A DNA stretch of 64,000 bases from a virus: positions 60,114 through 124,113 of IMG/VR virus record IMGVR_UViG_3300017754_002544; one strand, given 5' to 3'. A program made the translations under genes and the position numbers. Below, one piece after another: positions 62,333 to 64,000 of this stretch (positions are counted from its first letter, which is position 1; each line of letters starts with the position of its first letter). The notes under the pieces are model-generated. The model searched no databases, was not told the DNA's origin, and saw nothing but the letters and a program-made list of their open reading frames with translations.

Positions 62333-62623
62333 ATGCCAATACCTGAAAGATATAAAAAACTAGGATTTACCAAAGTAGGTACTAAAAAGAAATCGACACG
62401 ACCTGGTAAAAAATGGATGGTACTTGCTAAAAAAGATGACAAGTACAAAGTAGTCCATGGAGGATATGTTGGTATGCAAGATTTCACTCAACATAAAAAT
62501 AAAAAAAGACAGAAAAACTTTTGGAATAGAATGGGTGGAAAAGACTCAGCAAAAGCTAAAGATCCTTTCTCTCCATTATATTGGAGTCGAAAAGGTTTCA
62601 AAAATGCTAAACCTACATGGTAA
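62333..62623 (+). CDS. small highly basic protein
   Basis: KKW.V...VH.G..GM.D...R.KNF..R...SPLYWS. Confidence 0.6.
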   Translation: MPIPERYKKLGFTKVGTKKKSTRPGKKWMVLAKKDDKYKVVHGGYVGMQDFTQHKNKKRQKNFWNRMGGKDSAKAKDPFSPLYWSRKGFKNAKPTW

Positions 62624-62632
62624 TATAGATAT

Positions 62633-63451
62633 ATGTCTAAAAAATATCACATAGTGTATAAGACAACAAATTTATTAAATAATAAATGTTATGTTGGAGT
62701 TCATTCTACAAATAAAATAGAAGATGGATACATGGGTTGTGGATTTTACAAAGGCTATTCTTTAGAAACAATAAAGGATAAAAGAGGTATAAGAAAAGCC
62801 TTTAAAAAATATGGTTTAGATAATTTTAATAGAGAAGTTATATTTGTGTTTGACACTAAAGATGAAGCATATAAAAAAGAAGCTGAGATTGTAAACTATG
62901 ATTGGGTATTATCAAATTCTAATTATAATTTATGCTTAGGTGGAGTCAACTCAGGAGTGACAATTCTTCCTGAAGACCATAAAAATAAATTAATAGATTT
63001 GCATAGTAAGTCATATGTAGTTGTAAATATAAAAACATCTGAAGTATTTTTTGTTAATAACTTGAATAGTTGGAGTAGAGATAGAGGTTTATGTTCTGCT
63101 AGCACAACTAATAGTCCTTTACATATAGTTGTAAAAGGGAAATCAGCATTGTATAAAAAAGAGTGGTGGTGTTGCTACGAAGAAGACTGGACAGGAGAGC
63201 CTATTATAAAAAGTAGAAAAGTATCAATAAGATCTTCTGGATATGAAAGAAGAAAAATTGTTAAGAAGCATAATGATATAGTTTTAATTAATCCAAATGG
63301 ACAACCTATTCATATAGAAAACTTATATAAATTTTGTATAGAAAATAACATGTGCTATAGCAATATGCTAAAAGTTGCAAAAGGTATTAGTAAATCTTAT
63401 AAAAAGTATAGATTAAATCTATATAATGAAGTTCAAGACGTAGTGATATGA
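62633..63451 (+). CDS. GIY-YIG (Seg-like) homing endonuclease
   Basis: IVYKTTN..N.K.YVGVHST...DGYMG.G...KYG..NF.RE...YNL..GG. Confidence 0.85.
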   Translation: MSKKYHIVYKTTNLLNNKCYVGVHSTNKIEDGYMGCGFYKGYSLETIKDKRGIRKAFKKYGLDNFNREVIFVFDTKDEAYKKEAEIVNYDWVLSNSNYNLCLGGVNSGVTILPEDHKNKLIDLHSKSYVVVNIKTSEVFFVNNLNSWSRDRGLCSASTTNSPLHIVVKGKSALYKKEWWCCYEEDWTGEPIIKSRKVSIRSSGYERRKIVKKHNDIVLINPNGQPIHIENLYKFCIENNMCYSNMLKVAKGISKSYKKYRLNLYNEVQDVVI

Positions 63452-63882
63452 AAAAGTATAACATGGGAAAATACGATTTACTAGTAGGTAACAATGCAGT
63501 AGAGATATTTGATTACTACAAAGTAGATAGTATGCATGGCTTAAATAAAAAAGATGCCAAGGCTGAAGAGATAGATAAAAAAGTGGGCAATGGAATCTAT
63601 ATTATTGGATGGACCAATTATCATCCAAAAGACAAGAAGCTTACTATGAAAGCTCCGTACAAACCATTCTTATTTTTAAACAAAAGGCATTTTACAAATA
63701 CGTTTAGAGATATAACAGCAGTTGGCCATGAAGCTATGCACATGGCAATTCTGCTTTTTAATTGGAACATAATAGATAGAGAAGAAGAAGTTGTAACTCT
63801 ATCTGAAGAAATAACAAACAAAGTTGTTATAAAACTAGGATTAGATAAATTAATTAAGTCAAAACCCAAAAATAAAAAATAA
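63448..63882 (+). CDS. HExxH-motif hypothetical protein
   Basis: GHEAMHMA...EEE. Confidence 0.5.
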   Translation: MKKYNMGKYDLLVGNNAVEIFDYYKVDSMHGLNKKDAKAEEIDKKVGNGIYIIGWTNYHPKDKKLTMKAPYKPFLFLNKRHFTNTFRDITAVGHEAMHMAILLFNWNIIDREEEVVTLSEEITNKVVIKLGLDKLIKSKPKNKK

Positions 63883-63887
63883 ATAAA

Positions 63888-64000
63888 ATGCCAAAATACT
63901 TTACAAAAGACGGAAAAGAATGGAAAGGAGCTACTCACAAGCATTCTTCTGGAAAAGTTATGACTGGAAAGACTCATACTAAAACTAGTAAAGAATTATT
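63888..64000 (+). CDS. small basic protein (partial)
   Basis: MPKYFTKDGKEWKGATHKH...GKTHTKTSKEL runs off the window end. Confidence 0.45.
   Translation, partial: MPKYFTKDGKEWKGATHKHSSGKVMTGKTHTKTSKEL

Noticed and set aside
37-63977. Antisense and shadow ORFs in the track (e.g. 37..237, 8246..8545, 16994..17329, 30651..30986, 52262..52606, 63621..63977)
   Set aside because: They overlap well-supported genes on the opposite strand or in another frame and carry no motifs.
1-64000. Stop-codon reassignment as in some crAss-like phages
   Set aside because: Long genes are intact in code 11, TAG and TGA are used as stops, and no suppressor tRNA was identified.

Overview
A 64-kb, AT-rich segment of a large Bacteroidota (probably Flavobacteriia) dsDNA phage. 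Its head module is organised like crAss-like and related podoviruses: HU/IHF-like protein, terminase, portal, scaffold-like protein, major capsid protein, then ring and auxiliary proteins. Standard genetic code. From left to right: class Ia ribonucleotide reductase; an ATE1/Bpt-like aminoacyl-tRNA-protein transferase; a ~1.6-kb ncRNA-rich island (a large multi-hairpin RNA, an inserted HNH gene, three non-canonical tRNA-like elements and tRNA-Arg-TCT); two nucleases; a ~20-kb leftward array of small early/accessory genes (DenV, GH73 lipoprotein, two C5 methylases); a divergent promoter and possible genome-end region at ~31 kb; ThyA, thioesterase, guanylate kinase, GroES/GroEL, a T5 A1-like protein, an SSB-like protein and RecA; a second ~300-nt candidate ncRNA; and the rightward virion/lysis genes. 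Two signals stand out. (1) A ~24-bp junction repeat, AAACYTTTAAATCAGAATARNATG, joins at least 13 mostly unrelated small genes like interchangeable cassettes, and one cassette is duplicated exactly 11.4 kb away. (2) Several unexplained structured RNAs. All product calls come from motif recognition by eye, not from database searches.
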